Shown here piece by piece: positions 9,358 through 19,375 of a stretch of 64,000 nucleotides of DNA. The translations under genes and the position numbers were made by a program. A model generated the notes under the pieces. The model was given only the letters and a program-made list of their open reading frames with translations. It was not told the origin of the DNA and did no database searches. Source of the stretch: Phycisphaerae bacterium (GTDB taxonomy: Bacteria; Planctomycetota; Phycisphaerae; SM23-33); NCBI GenBank assembly GCA_049975485.1, contig JBNGDC010000004.1, forward strand, positions 59,636 through 123,635, given 5' to 3'. Position 1 is the first letter of the stretch; the number at the start of each line of letters is the position of its first letter.

Positions 9358-12300
9358 CTATGCCTTCAGCACGCCCAGCGAGGGCAGCGACAGCACATCA
9401 AGCGTCTCCGGCAGGTCGTTGCCTGCCTGCGAACCCGCCTGCGGCCGACGGGAGGAGTGCGTCAGTATCGCTCCATTGTCAATCGCCGCCGTGCCTTGCG
9501 AGGACCTTCCGATTTCCGACGCCTCTTTAAGCTCGACGCTCATGTCGGCGTCCAGCGTCGTCGAAAGCGACGGCTCGCCGATGTTCCGTGCGGTTGAGGG
9601 CTGCCGCCGGCCCGCCTGGTCGGCGATGGCCGCCTCCGCCAGTGCGTCGTAGTTCCCGGAGTCTTCGGTCCCGGTTGTCGAGAGGGAAGTCGATGTCGTC
9701 TCCGCGGTGGTGCCGGACTGCGTCGGCTCCGTGCTCTCGGTCGTCTGCTGCGTGGTGGCCGTGGCCTGCGGCTGGGCGTTCCAGTTGGCCAGAATCGAGG
9801 CGAAGTCGGTGTTGCCGACCGCACCGTCGTCGTCCACGTCGCCGTCGGCCCAGATGTTACCCGTGCCCTGCGGGTCCCAGTTGTCGCTGACGGTCTGGAA
9901 GTCGGCGTCATCGACCCATCCGTCGAGCGTTGCGTCGGCGGTGTGGGCTACCGTGACGTTCCAGGTGTAGTCCTGACCACCATTGAACTGGTTGCCGGCG
10001 CGGTCGGCAATGTCGGCCGCCAGGAGCCGCGCCTCGTAGTTGCCCGCGCCAAGGGCGACGGCAGAGACGTCCCAGGTGCCCGTGGTCGTTTCGCGGTCGT
10101 AGCTGAAGGCCGCGTCGGCGAGATCCACGTACTCGTCGGCGTCCAGGTCGTACAGCGTAAGGTCGCTTGCCTCTATGGACGGCGCGACGTTCTCGGTGAA
10201 TACCACGGACATTTCTTCGAGTATGTCCGGGCGCTCATCGGCCGGCTCCACACGCTGCACCTGCTCGACGGTCGGTGCGAGGTTGTCGCCGGCGCGGACG
10301 GAGAACTCGTCGAACTGTATCCAGTGACGGGTGCCCGAGCTGCCGTAACCGGTCGTTATAAAGCCGATTTCCCGGACCTCTATGTCTGAGAGGGCCACAT
10401 CAAACACGGCCGATCCCGCGTCGAACGCGATATCCGTTCCGCTGGGGGAGTAAACCGCCCACATGGAGTCGCCCACGTCCTGGCCTTGCCAGGTGGTGCT
10501 GCCGGTGAAGGTCTGCTGGGAGACGTAGAACTGCTCGCCGTCGCCGAGCAGCCAGCGGGCCGAGCCGAGATTCTCGTATCGCTTGAAGTGGACCTGCATG
10601 GTGGTGCTGTCGCCGAGGATCTTCGGCGATTCGCCCACGAGGAAGTCTTCCTCCGCCCAGACGAAGGCCGTGTGGAACTCCGAAGTCGCCGCGCCCGTCT
10701 GGAAGCGGATGTTCACGTAGTCGTAGGGGTCGGCATTGGCGAGGTTGTGATTATCGAAGTTCTCGGAAGTCGCGCCGTACCCGATGCCGACCACTCCGCC
10801 GTAGAAGGTGGCGCTTGGTCCGTCGTAGCTGTCGGAGATCGGCGGCGACACGGGCGTGGTGGTGCTGAACTCGTAGCTGCGCATGGCGTCGGTGACGCCG
10901 TCGTTGTTGAAGTCGTCCACGGTCTGCGTGCCGGCTCCGCCGTTCTCGCTCGGACGTAGCGTCTGCGTGCTGGAGAGGTAGTCCGCGCCGAAATCGACGA
11001 ACGGTCCGCCGAAGTCAGGGATCACCATCGTCGCGGAAGCGTCGCCCGAGACCGTGTAACCGGCGCCGGGCCTGATATCCAGACGTATCACGTCGTCGCC
11101 GTCGCTGATGGCGTCTTCCCAGGGGGTTATGGTGATTACAGCCGACGAGCTGCCGGCGGGTATCACTATAGATCCCACCAGTTCGCCCAGTTCCGGGTCG
11201 GCCTGGTAGTCGTACGGGTCGGCCGCGTTCGGCTCCAGGTAGTTGACCGTGTAGTTGACGGTCATCTCCTCGCTGGTGTCGCCGGTGCGAGTGATGACGA
11301 ACTCTCCGGGCGTGCCCGTCGTGTCGGGGTCGGTCGCGTCGATGGAGAGAACAGGCATATCCTCGACGACGTTGACAGTGCCTTCGGCCGGTCCCCAGGC
11401 GGCGTCCACGCTGAAGCCGTCCACCTGGTACCACACCCGTGCGCCTCCGACCGCGCCGTCCTGCTCCAGCAGGACGCCGACCGCGCGGATGTCCGTGAAG
11501 CTTCGCGTCGTGAATGTCGCGGCGTCCTGGTCGAAGTCCCACTGGTAAGGACCGGACGGATTGTAAGGCGCCCACTGTGTAATGTTGGGGTCCACGCTGT
11601 GGTCGCCGGTGCCGCTGAAGGTCGCCTGCGAGACATAGAGCTGGCCGCCGTCGGAGACCACCCATCGGCCGGCGTTGAGGGACTCCCAGCGGATTATGGA
11701 AACTGACATCTCGCTGGCGGAATCGAAGTAAACGCTCTGCGAGCCGGCGCCGTTGAGGAAGTCCTCCTTCGCCCACATCAGCACGGCGCGGTGCTCCAGG
11801 ACCTCCGGATACTGCTGGTCGCGGACATTGAGAAAGTCGCCGGTCTCGCTGTTGCTTATCCGGGCGTCGGCGAAGCCGCCGGCGGTGGGGTCGCCTATGC
11901 GGATGCCGGCGATACCGCCGTATATCCTGCCGCTGGGCGTACCGTTGCTTACGTCTATGAACGGCGCGCCGGGCTCGATGCCGAAATCGGTCGTTGCCAC
12001 ACTGTCGTCGGCCTCGCCGTCGCCGTCGGCGTCGATGTTAAGGATCCTTCGTTCGTTGAAGCCGACACGGGAGGAAACGTAATCGCCGCCGAAGTTGACT
12101 ATGGTCCCGGACGTGCCTGCCCCGGAGACCGTCAGTGTGACCGTGTAATCACCGGCCTCGCTGTAGGTATGACTGACCTCTCTGCCTGTGCCGAATGCAC
12201 CGTCGCCGAAGTCCCACTCGTAGGTCAGGGACTCGTCTTCCTCGCCCAGCGCACGGAAGCCCACCTCCAGCGGACTTTCGCCGAAGTTCGGGTCGATAAC

Positions 12301-14799
12301 GAAGCTGTCGGTGGGGTTCGGCTGCATCGCCGATCCGGTGTCGAAGACCTCCAGACCGGAGACGAACCAGTAGGGCTGGATGAACGTTGTTTCCAGTTGT
12401 CCGTCCTCGACGGTTACGTCGAAGACCTTGGTAACGTGCACATCCTGCGCTCCGTATATGGATCCGGTCTCGCGCGTTCCCTCGGCCGCTACGCCGGGGA
12501 AGGAGTGCGAGTCTTTGTGGCTGAACCTCGCCAGGACGGTGTACGTTCCGTCGGGTATGTCCAGCAGGAAGGTGCCGTCCATCACATTGCTGGGGTATTT
12601 GCTGAAGGAGTGGTAGTCACTGTAGAGGGCGTCCCCGGTGTAGCCGCTCGTTCTGAAGTCGCTGGTTACCTCCTGCCAGCCATAGCCGCGTGTGGGGTCG
12701 TATTCCACCAGCGGAACCCCGATATAGCCGGGGGCCGGGTTTTCTTCGGCGTACTGGAAGTCCAGGCGCACGCTGATGCCGCCGGGAGCGGCTATGCCGA
12801 TGATCTCCTCGGTGGTATTGGACCCTCCGTATGGGTCGGTGGCGGTCAGGCGGACGTTGAACACGCCGCCGCGCTGAAAGGTATGCGAGACGGTCTGGCC
12901 GGTGGCGGTGGTTCCGTCGCCGAAGTCCCATTCGAAGGTCAACTCCGAGATGTCGTTGTCGGGGTCGGTGGTCTGGCCTGCGTCGAAGGTGATCTCCACC
13001 GGCGCGGTGCCCGTCCGCTGTGAAACGGAAATGGCCGCGCTGGGCGGGCCGATCGTGCGGGACAGCGTGGACCAGCCGGTGGAATCGTCCTTGGCTGTCA
13101 GCGTCACGGTGGCGGTTGCGGAGGACTCGAAAGTGTGCTGCACGATCTGGCCGGTCGCCCGGCTGCCGTCGCCGAAATGCCAGACATACGTCATCGGGTC
13201 CCCGTCGGGGTCGTTTGTGGCGGTGGCGTCGAATTCCATCGTGTAGGAACCCTCGCCGGAGGAGATACTCTGGAGGGTGAAGTCGGCTGTGGGAGGGTTA
13301 TTGCCGGTTTCGCCCGTGGCGTTGGGGATCACGCCGTACCAGCCATCGGTGCCTCCGCCCGAGGCCATCTGGTCGCCGTCGGTTACGTAAAGCTCGTTGC
13401 CGGTGGAACCGCCGAAAACGACCTGGTAGGAGCCGTCCGGGGCCTGTCCCGACGCGACGGCGTGCGTCCAGCCGCCGGTAAGTCGCGTGCAGAACAGCCG
13501 CTCGTAAAAGTTCGACTTCATCACCAGGACGTAGCCGCCGCCGAGATAGTTGCCGTTGACGCCGGGGTTGAAGCTCGTACCGGCCGGATTAAGCGGGTGC
13601 GTCGATAGCGGCAGTCCCCACGCGCTGCTGCCGACCAGGTATACCTGGCCGAACTCGTCGGCGTGAATATTGCCCATCTGCACGCGCGCGGTGTTGGCCG
13701 TGTCGTCGCTCAGGCGCGTCAGGAAGTGGTTGCCGTTGACGAATGCGCCTGTGGCGGCTTCATACTTGCCGAAGTAAGTTATGTGCGGAGCGCTGATGTT
13801 GTAGGGCGTATGCCAGCCGTCGCCGCCGGCGAGATTGACGCTCTGGTTGATGTCGAACGGGTCGTAGCGGAATATGTTGTTCCCGCCCGCCGACTCGAAG
13901 GCCAGGTAGAGATAGCCGTCGTCCCCGATGGAGCAGCGGTATCCCCGCGTGTCGGCCATGTTGTTGGTGGGGGAGTTCAGGTAGCGGTCGGAGGTGGGAT
14001 CGCCGGACCAGTCGTAGCCGGTGTACTTTATGGTCCCGTCATAGGCGATGCCGCGATAGTAAGCAATCTGAACGGGCAGTCCCGATTCCCCGTCTGTGGC
14101 GTTGCGGTATCCCAGATAGACGACCGTCTCCGAGGCCTCGTCGATGGCGACATCGTTCTTCCATTTGCCGCTGCTGACACCGCCCAGCTCGTTGCCGTTG
14201 GGGTCGAAGACGCGGACGTGGTCGCCCAGAGTGCTGCCGTTGTCCAGCGAGCCGCCGCCCAGAACGACCGAATAGCCCGACGGTCCGGCGTCGATCCGCT
14301 GCACATTGCTGAAGCCGAGATCCACGGTCGTTTTCGACCATAGAACCGTGTCGGCGGTCGCGTTGATCTTGCTGAAGCCCTGCTCCCACTGGGCGACGTA
14401 CAGGTTGCCGCTATCGTCGGCGGCCAGGTCCAGCACCTTATCCGCCAGACGCGTCACGGACAGCACGGTCTGTCCGTCCTGGGAGAGGCGGATGATCGCA
14501 CCGTCCGAGTCGGCCGTCGCGCCGTTCAGCAGAGTCGGAGTAAGTCCACCCGGCGTGGCGTCTGATATGTTGGCGGCCAGCACGATCGTTCCGGAGTCCT
14601 GCACCACGGCTCCGCGCACCGCGTCCTCCCCCAACCCGCCCAGAAACGACGCGGCCGAGATGTCCATCGCGTTCGACGACGCCGACAGCAGCACCCTCGG
14701 CTCGAGCGGTTCAAGCCCCACCCATGTCTGGCTTACGGGTTGGTCGTACTGGTCCTGGTCCGCGGAAGATGAATAGAGTAGTCCTGATCCCATCACCAA
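9358..14799 (-). CDS. giant (1813 aa) extracellular-type protein with beta-propeller-like repeats, PKD domains, dockerin-like Ca-binding module and Thr/Ser-rich linker
   Basis: PKD signatures: WHFGDGSRATGQIVQHTF, WDFGDGTTATGQTVSHTF and WDFGDGAFGTGREVSHTY. Dockerin-like segment: ADGDVDDDGAVGNTDFASILANWN, followed by a T/S-rich linker. The N-terminus has no classical signal peptide but carries VGLEPLEPRVLLSA. Confidence 0.8.
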   Translation of the reverse strand: MVMGSGLLYSSSADQDQYDQPVSQTWVGLEPLEPRVLLSASSNAMDISAASFLGGLGEDAVRGAVVQDSGTIVLAANISDATPGGLTPTLLNGATADSDGAIIRLSQDGQTVLSVTRLADKVLDLAADDSGNLYVAQWEQGFSKINATADTVLWSKTTVDLGFSNVQRIDAGPSGYSVVLGGGSLDNGSTLGDHVRVFDPNGNELGGVSSGKWKNDVAIDEASETVVYLGYRNATDGESGLPVQIAYYRGIAYDGTIKYTGYDWSGDPTSDRYLNSPTNNMADTRGYRCSIGDDGYLYLAFESAGGNNIFRYDPFDINQSVNLAGGDGWHTPYNISAPHITYFGKYEAATGAFVNGNHFLTRLSDDTANTARVQMGNIHADEFGQVYLVGSSAWGLPLSTHPLNPAGTSFNPGVNGNYLGGGYVLVMKSNFYERLFCTRLTGGWTHAVASGQAPDGSYQVVFGGSTGNELYVTDGDQMASGGGTDGWYGVIPNATGETGNNPPTADFTLQSISSGEGSYTMEFDATATNDPDGDPMTYVWHFGDGSRATGQIVQHTFESSATATVTLTAKDDSTGWSTLSRTIGPPSAAISVSQRTGTAPVEITFDAGQTTDPDNDISELTFEWDFGDGTTATGQTVSHTFQRGGVFNVRLTATDPYGGSNTTEEIIGIAAPGGISVRLDFQYAEENPAPGYIGVPLVEYDPTRGYGWQEVTSDFRTSGYTGDALYSDYHSFSKYPSNVMDGTFLLDIPDGTYTVLARFSHKDSHSFPGVAAEGTRETGSIYGAQDVHVTKVFDVTVEDGQLETTFIQPYWFVSGLEVFDTGSAMQPNPTDSFVIDPNFGESPLEVGFRALGEEDESLTYEWDFGDGAFGTGREVSHTYSEAGDYTVTLTVSGAGTSGTIVNFGGDYVSSRVGFNERRILNIDADGDGEADDSVATTDFGIEPGAPFIDVSNGTPSGRIYGGIAGIRIGDPTAGGFADARISNSETGDFLNVRDQQYPEVLEHRAVLMWAKEDFLNGAGSQSVYFDSASEMSVSIIRWESLNAGRWVVSDGGQLYVSQATFSGTGDHSVDPNITQWAPYNPSGPYQWDFDQDAATFTTRSFTDIRAVGVLLEQDGAVGGARVWYQVDGFSVDAAWGPAEGTVNVVEDMPVLSIDATDPDTTGTPGEFVITRTGDTSEEMTVNYTVNYLEPNAADPYDYQADPELGELVGSIVIPAGSSSAVITITPWEDAISDGDDVIRLDIRPGAGYTVSGDASATMVIPDFGGPFVDFGADYLSSTQTLRPSENGGAGTQTVDDFNNDGVTDAMRSYEFSTTTPVSPPISDSYDGPSATFYGGVVGIGYGATSENFDNHNLANADPYDYVNIRFQTGAATSEFHTAFVWAEEDFLVGESPKILGDSTTMQVHFKRYENLGSARWLLGDGEQFYVSQQTFTGSTTWQGQDVGDSMWAVYSPSGTDIAFDAGSAVFDVALSDIEVREIGFITTGYGSSGTRHWIQFDEFSVRAGDNLAPTVEQVQRVEPADERPDILEEMSVVFTENVAPSIEASDLTLYDLDADEYVDLADAAFSYDRETTTGTWDVSAVALGAGNYEARLLAADIADRAGNQFNGGQDYTWNVTVAHTADATLDGWVDDADFQTVSDNWDPQGTGNIWADGDVDDDGAVGNTDFASILANWNAQPQATATTQQTTESTEPTQSGTTAETTSTSLSTTGTEDSGNYDALAEAAIADQAGRRQPSTARNIGEPSLSTTLDADMSVELKEASEIGRSSQGTAAIDNGAILTHSSRRPQAGSQAGNDLPETLDVLSLPSLGVLKA

Positions 14800-15047
14800 G
14801 GTCCTTTCCCTTGTTCACCGGGTTGGATTCGAGCCCTCCGGCAGTGAATAAACAGAATGTTTCGTGCCGCCCACGGCCGCCGTCCAGGCAGAGAAGCGAG
14901 ACGAAAGGCGAGCCGCTTATCTCCGATGCAAGCTCGCATTATTGTACAGGGGATTAGTCGATGCGCCAAGCTTCCAGCCGAGGTGCACCATGCATCGGGC
15001 GGGCTTTTTTTTCTCTCCACGAGGTGCGGATATGGCTTTGCGGCGGC

Positions 15048-15866
15048 TCAGGAGAGCCGCAACCAGCGGTAAGTGCCCGCGGCACAGACGATAGCAGCCG
15101 ACAGCAGCACTATAACCGCTCCGCTGGGCACGTCGGTAACGGCCGAGAGGACAAAGCCACCCACGCCGCTGAGCGCCCCGAAAAACATCGCCAGCAGCAC
15201 CGCCTTCCCACTGCCCCGGACCAGTTGGAACGCCGCGGCCGCGGGGTTTGTGATGAGACTGTAGATCATCAGTCCCCCGACCGTCTGGAAGTTTACGGTC
15301 ATAACCGCCGCCGTAAGCACCAGAAAGCCGGTCCATACGCCCGTAGCGCGGATGCCGGCGGCCTGTGCGTCCGTACGCGAGAACAGGATCGCCCGCATTT
15401 CCTTTCCGAACAGCAGCACGAAAAGCCCCAGCGCGGCAGCGGCCGCCAGCATCAGCCAGACATCCGACCAGCGGCAGTACATCAGACTGCCCCACAGGAG
15501 ACTGCGTACGTCGTGGTCGGCGCGTCCGACGACGGCGAAAAGCCCGAACCCCACGAACGCCAGCCCCAGCGTCACCGAGAACAGCAGACCCATGATGACG
15601 TTGGGGTCCATGTTGAGCTTCCGCGGGTCGGCCAGCCCCAGGGCAAGTGCGGTAAGCACCGCGCCCGCCAGCGCCGGCAGCAGCAGTGTCGCTCCCGTAA
15701 GACCGGCCAGTGCCCCGAATACCGCTCCCGCCAAGGCCGCGTGCGCCACGCAGATACCCAGAAACGGTATCCGCATCCCCACGATATAGACGCTCAGCAG
15801 TCCGCTGGAAGCGCCGGCCACCAGACCGCCCGCGAGTACCGATCCCCAGAAGACGAAGTCAAACAT
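15048..15866 (-). CDS. ABC-3 family metal (Zn/Mn/Fe-type) transporter permease
   Basis: Polytopic membrane protein with ZnuB/MntB/TroC-like hydrophobic profile. Start chosen at MFDFVFWGS (the ORF opens 17 codons earlier). Confidence 0.8.
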   Translation of the reverse strand: MFDFVFWGSVLAGGLVAGASSGLLSVYIVGMRIPFLGICVAHAALAGAVFGALAGLTGATLLLPALAGAVLTALALGLADPRKLNMDPNVIMGLLFSVTLGLAFVGFGLFAVVGRADHDVRSLLWGSLMYCRWSDVWLMLAAAAALGLFVLLFGKEMRAILFSRTDAQAAGIRATGVWTGFLVLTAAVMTVNFQTVGGLMIYSLITNPAAAAFQLVRGSGKAVLLAMFFGALSGVGGFVLSAVTDVPSGAVIVLLSAAIVCAAGTYRWLRLS

Positions 15867-16662
15867 TGGTCGTCTCCCGCGGTACGACGGTCCACCGGCC
15901 CGACCTGCCCACCACATCCAGCCCTCGGCCGTAAAGCTCCTCGATAAGCGCCGTGGTCAGCACGTCGGCGCAGGCCCCGTCGGCCACTACCCGCCCGTCT
16001 TCCAGCACCACCACGCGCCCGCAACTCGGCGGCAGGACCTCCAGCTCGTGACAGACCAGTATCACAGTCAGCGACATCGAGCGGTAAAGCTCGTCGATGA
16101 GGGCAACAATCCTCTCCCGCCATCCCAGGTCCAGGTTGGCTGTCGGTTCATCCAGCAGGAGCATCTCCGGCTGCTGGACCATGGCGCGGGCGATGAGTGT
16201 CTTCCGCTGCTCGCCGCCGGAGATGTCGCCGAAGCCGCGTTGTGCCAGCTCCGACAGTCCCAGGCGGTCTATCCACTCGTCCACAATGCGCCGGTCCTCG
16301 CGCCTCAGGCGGCGCAGCAGACCGCGGACGCCGGTCCTGCCGATGGCCACCACCTCGCGGACCGTCAGCGGCATCTCGCTGCGGGCCGGCAGCATCTGCG
16401 GAACGTAACCGACTCGCTGCCTCAGCGCCGCCATCTCTCCCGCCCCCAGGCGGGCAAGCTCCCGGCCGAGGACCGACAGTTGACCGCGGGCATGGCTTTG
16501 CATGCCCAGCAGGCATCGCAGGTAGGTGGTCTTGCCGGCCCCGTTGGGACCCAGCAGCGCGACCAGCTCGCCGGCTTCAATGCGATGCCGGCGGAGGCGG
16601 AGGATTTCCCCCGCGCCGGTAGAGACCGAGAGGTCAGGGCAGTGGACGGCCGTCGCTGTCAA
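15859..16662 (-). CDS. metal ABC transporter ATP-binding protein
   Basis: Walker A GPNGAGKTT; ABC signature ISGGEQRK; Walker B LLLDEP. Overlaps both neighbours. Confidence 0.85.
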   Translation of the reverse strand: MTATAVHCPDLSVSTGAGEILRLRRHRIEAGELVALLGPNGAGKTTYLRCLLGMQSHARGQLSVLGRELARLGAGEMAALRQRVGYVPQMLPARSEMPLTVREVVAIGRTGVRGLLRRLRREDRRIVDEWIDRLGLSELAQRGFGDISGGEQRKTLIARAMVQQPEMLLLDEPTANLDLGWRERIVALIDELYRSMSLTVILVCHELEVLPPSCGRVVVLEDGRVVADGACADVLTTALIEELYGRGLDVVGRSGRWTVVPRETTNV

Positions 16663-17474
16663 CGTTTTGCCACCTCCAGGAGCTTTGCGACGTTGTCCTC
16701 GACGAGATCCTCAAAGCCGTCGTGTCGCCCGCCGAGCATGGGAAAATTGTCGAAGACCACGACCTCCCCGTCGATACGGTCTGCCAGAAAGTCGGCCGCT
16801 TTGCGCCCCTCGGGTCGGTTGGCTATGACGATGGCTGCTCCGGCATCGACGGCCGCGTCGCGGGCCTGCTGCAGCAGCCGTGGAACCTCCACATCCGCGC
16901 CGCGGTACGTCGCGACGACGTCCAACCCCAGCCACCGGCAGAAAAGCTCCTGGTGCTCGCTGGCGACCACCGGCGTGCCTTCCAGGGCCCGTGTCGCCTC
17001 GGAAATTCGTGCCGAAAGATCATCCATCCGCCCGGCTATAGTCTGCAGTCGCGTCTCGGCCGTGGCGCGGTCCAGCAGCCCGGCGTCCACCAGCGCGTCG
17101 GCCGTCTGACGGCAGGCGGACAGGTAGGTATCCGGCTCGCACAGGCCGCCGGACAGACGAACCTCCGCGATGGTCAGCCCGTCGCCCGTAAGCCCCGACA
17201 GCTTGGTGTCCAGCGATTTCTGGAAGTCCATCCGCAGCAGCAGGCGACTGTCGCGGAGCTGGGATATTTGGCTGGGACGGACGTCGAAGTGCCCGGGGCA
17301 CGCGCCCGGCTCCGCAAGGCGCAGCACCGGCGTGGAGTCGCCCATCAAATCAAGCACGGCGCATTCGAGCAGCGAGTTGGAGGCGGCGACTTCCGCCGGC
17401 GGCGAGTCTTCCTCGCAGCCCGTCGTCAGCACCGCCGCCATGAGTAATGTCGCACAGATAACGCCTTTCATCAC
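16659..17474 (-). CDS. metal ABC transporter substrate-binding lipoprotein (ZnuA/TroA-like)
   Basis: Lipobox LTTGC after the signal peptide. First gene of a three-gene transporter operon with 4-8 nt overlaps. Confidence 0.75.
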   Translation of the reverse strand: MMKGVICATLLMAAVLTTGCEEDSPPAEVAASNSLLECAVLDLMGDSTPVLRLAEPGACPGHFDVRPSQISQLRDSRLLLRMDFQKSLDTKLSGLTGDGLTIAEVRLSGGLCEPDTYLSACRQTADALVDAGLLDRATAETRLQTIAGRMDDLSARISEATRALEGTPVVASEHQELFCRWLGLDVVATYRGADVEVPRLLQQARDAAVDAGAAIVIANRPEGRKAADFLADRIDGEVVVFDNFPMLGGRHDGFEDLVEDNVAKLLEVAKR

Positions 17475-17484
17475 AGGTCTCTCC

Positions 17485-18117
17485 CTAGGGACTCATGTAC
17501 AGCCGCCCTTGCCGGTCCTGGAAATGCACGATGACGCCGGTGTCCGATGCGTCCTGCAGCCAGTACTTCTGCGGTATGGGCAGTCGGCCGGGGACGTCGA
17601 ACTTGGGCGAGTCCGGGTTGGGTCCCATGCTCCAGACGGCGTAGCGGACGGGGCTTTCGTCGGGATCGCGGTAGTAGCTGCCGGTGTCCTTCTCGGTGCC
17701 TCCGAAACCGTCGGGTACCCAAAGAGTAGCCGCGTTCTCCAGGAGCGTGGACTCGTTCATGATCGCCGTCCCGACCGCCCGGTACTTGTAGTATTCGCCG
17801 GGGGTAAATGGGTCGGGCATGTTCACTATGCGGATTCCGTCGTCCTGGGCGCTTGGGAGGTAATCCACAAGCTCGACGGGCAGTTCGTACGCCGTCCGCG
17901 TACTGCACGAGAACCGCGTGGGCGGGATCTCCTCATCGTTGTCCATGCGGTACATCTCCATCGCGTCCGTGATGGCCCGCAATTCCGCGTGGGCCTTGGC
18001 GATGCGTGCGTACACTCGCGCCTGGTGCAGCGACGGCAGCAATATGCTCATCAGCAGCGCGATAATCGCGATCACCACAAGCAGTTCGATGAGCGTAAAG
18101 CCGTTTCTGTTGCGCAT
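17485..18117 (-). CDS. prepilin-type N-terminal cleavage/methylation domain protein (pseudopilin-like)
   Basis: MRNRNGFTLIELLVVIAIIALLMSILLPSL is a classic type IV prepilin leader with G-F cleavage site, Glu+5 and a hydrophobic helix. Start moved to 18117 to give a short leader. Confidence 0.8.
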   Translation of the reverse strand: MRNRNGFTLIELLVVIAIIALLMSILLPSLHQARVYARIAKAHAELRAITDAMEMYRMDNDEEIPPTRFSCSTRTAYELPVELVDYLPSAQDDGIRIVNMPDPFTPGEYYKYRAVGTAIMNESTLLENAATLWVPDGFGGTEKDTGSYYRDPDESPVRYAVWSMGPNPDSPKFDVPGRLPIPQKYWLQDASDTGVIVHFQDRQGRLYMSP

Positions 18118-18141
18118 GTTGCTCAAGCTCGTCCGCAAAAG

Positions 18142-18185
18142 CGCCAGGCCCGAACCTCAAGGGCCGGGCCTGGACGTACTCGTGT
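18142..18185 (-). terminator. putative intrinsic terminator after PEP-CTERM gene
   Basis: Minus-strand reading: CAGGCCCGGCCCTTGAGGTTCGGGCCTG hairpin followed by GCGCTTTTG. Confidence 0.35.
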
Positions 18186-18207
18186 TTTGCCGCGAAAAAA
18201 AGCTCTA

Positions 18208-19251
18208 CTACCGCCGCCGCAGCAGCACGGCCGTGCCGCCGAAAGCCAGCAGCGACATGCTCAGCGGCTCGGGCACAAAGTGGTCCGGGTCCAGCGCCAG
18301 CAGGTAGTATCCGCCTGTGCCTGCGGCGTCGGCCTGGTTGAGTATGCCGGTAACACTTACGGGATCGTCACCGAACAATGAGGACCACTGGCCGCCCAGC
18401 TCGCCCCAGTCGTATCCGTCGGCGTAGCCCAGGCGAACGCGGATGGTCCTGCCATCGTCGTCGGTGAAGTTCACGTAATCCTGCGCTACCCAGTTGCCGT
18501 CCTGAAGATAAAGGTCCTTCAGTTCGATCCACGTTGATTGATACCTCTCGCCGCCGGTCTGGCGGGTCTGGTCGAAGTAGAACGTGTCGCTGCCGTCTTT
18601 GAGGTCGGCCAGCGTAAGCTCGGCCGCTTCCGGCATGCCGAAGCCCGACACCAGGCGGACGACCTCGAAATCCTTCGCGGGGTCTTTGCTGTGCTGTTCG
18701 TTCACGTTCATCTTTCCCTGGTAGTGCAGCCCGGCGCGGGCGCGGACCTCCACCAGGTCGCCGGCGCGGATGGGGTCGGTTACGCCGTCGCCGCCCTGGA
18801 AATTCAGCCGGCCCAGCTCCGCCGTCCACTCGGCGTCGGTGTAGCTGAAATCGGAGTCGCCGCCGTACATGCCGTGGTTGCCGTAGTTCTGGCCGATCCA
18901 GCAGGCGGTGCCGCCGAAGTCGTCGAACGGCTCGCTTTCGAACGGGTCCCAACCCGTTCCGTCGAGGTCCACGGCCTGGACGAATATCTCCGCCTCGCCG
19001 CCCATGTACCACGGCGTGTAGCCGGAGTCGAAGTCCGGCGCGGGGTTCAGCCAATCTTCGGTGTCGTTCAGTACCACGCCGACCATGCGGATCGGCCAGC
19101 CGCCGTCGTAGGCGTCGCTGCCGTCGGAATCGACGGCCTGGTACTGCGAATGCTTTACGTAGTCCACGGACGACCAGTCCTGTGCGGCGGTCGGTGATAC
19201 GACCAGGGCCGCGACGACAAACATGAGCGTAAAAGAGCGAAAGCCGAGCAT
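18208..19251 (-). CDS. secreted PEP-CTERM-anchored protein
   Basis: N-terminal signal peptide (MLGFRSFTLMFVVAALVVSPTAAQ). C-terminal VPEPLSMSLLAFGGTAVLLRRR is a canonical PEP-CTERM sorting signal (PEP motif, TM helix, Arg cluster). Confidence 0.8.
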   Translation of the reverse strand: MLGFRSFTLMFVVAALVVSPTAAQDWSSVDYVKHSQYQAVDSDGSDAYDGGWPIRMVGVVLNDTEDWLNPAPDFDSGYTPWYMGGEAEIFVQAVDLDGTGWDPFESEPFDDFGGTACWIGQNYGNHGMYGGDSDFSYTDAEWTAELGRLNFQGGDGVTDPIRAGDLVEVRARAGLHYQGKMNVNEQHSKDPAKDFEVVRLVSGFGMPEAAELTLADLKDGSDTFYFDQTRQTGGERYQSTWIELKDLYLQDGNWVAQDYVNFTDDDGRTIRVRLGYADGYDWGELGGQWSSLFGDDPVSVTGILNQADAAGTGGYYLLALDPDHFVPEPLSMSLLAFGGTAVLLRRR

Positions 19252-19375
19252 TCTGTGTCTCCTTCTGAGTTTCCGAGCGAACGTCCGCGGCGGATCGCTT
19301 GACCCGCGGGGCAGGGCGTATTACGATTTCCATAAAGATACTACGAACGATGGTATTACTCAAGAGGATTTTCGT

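Noticed and set aside
14981-15030. GGGCGGGC followed by a T9 run on the plus strand as a terminator
   Set aside because: No convincing inverted repeat forms a stem. There is no upstream plus-strand gene to terminate, and it lies in the promoter region of the giant minus-strand gene.
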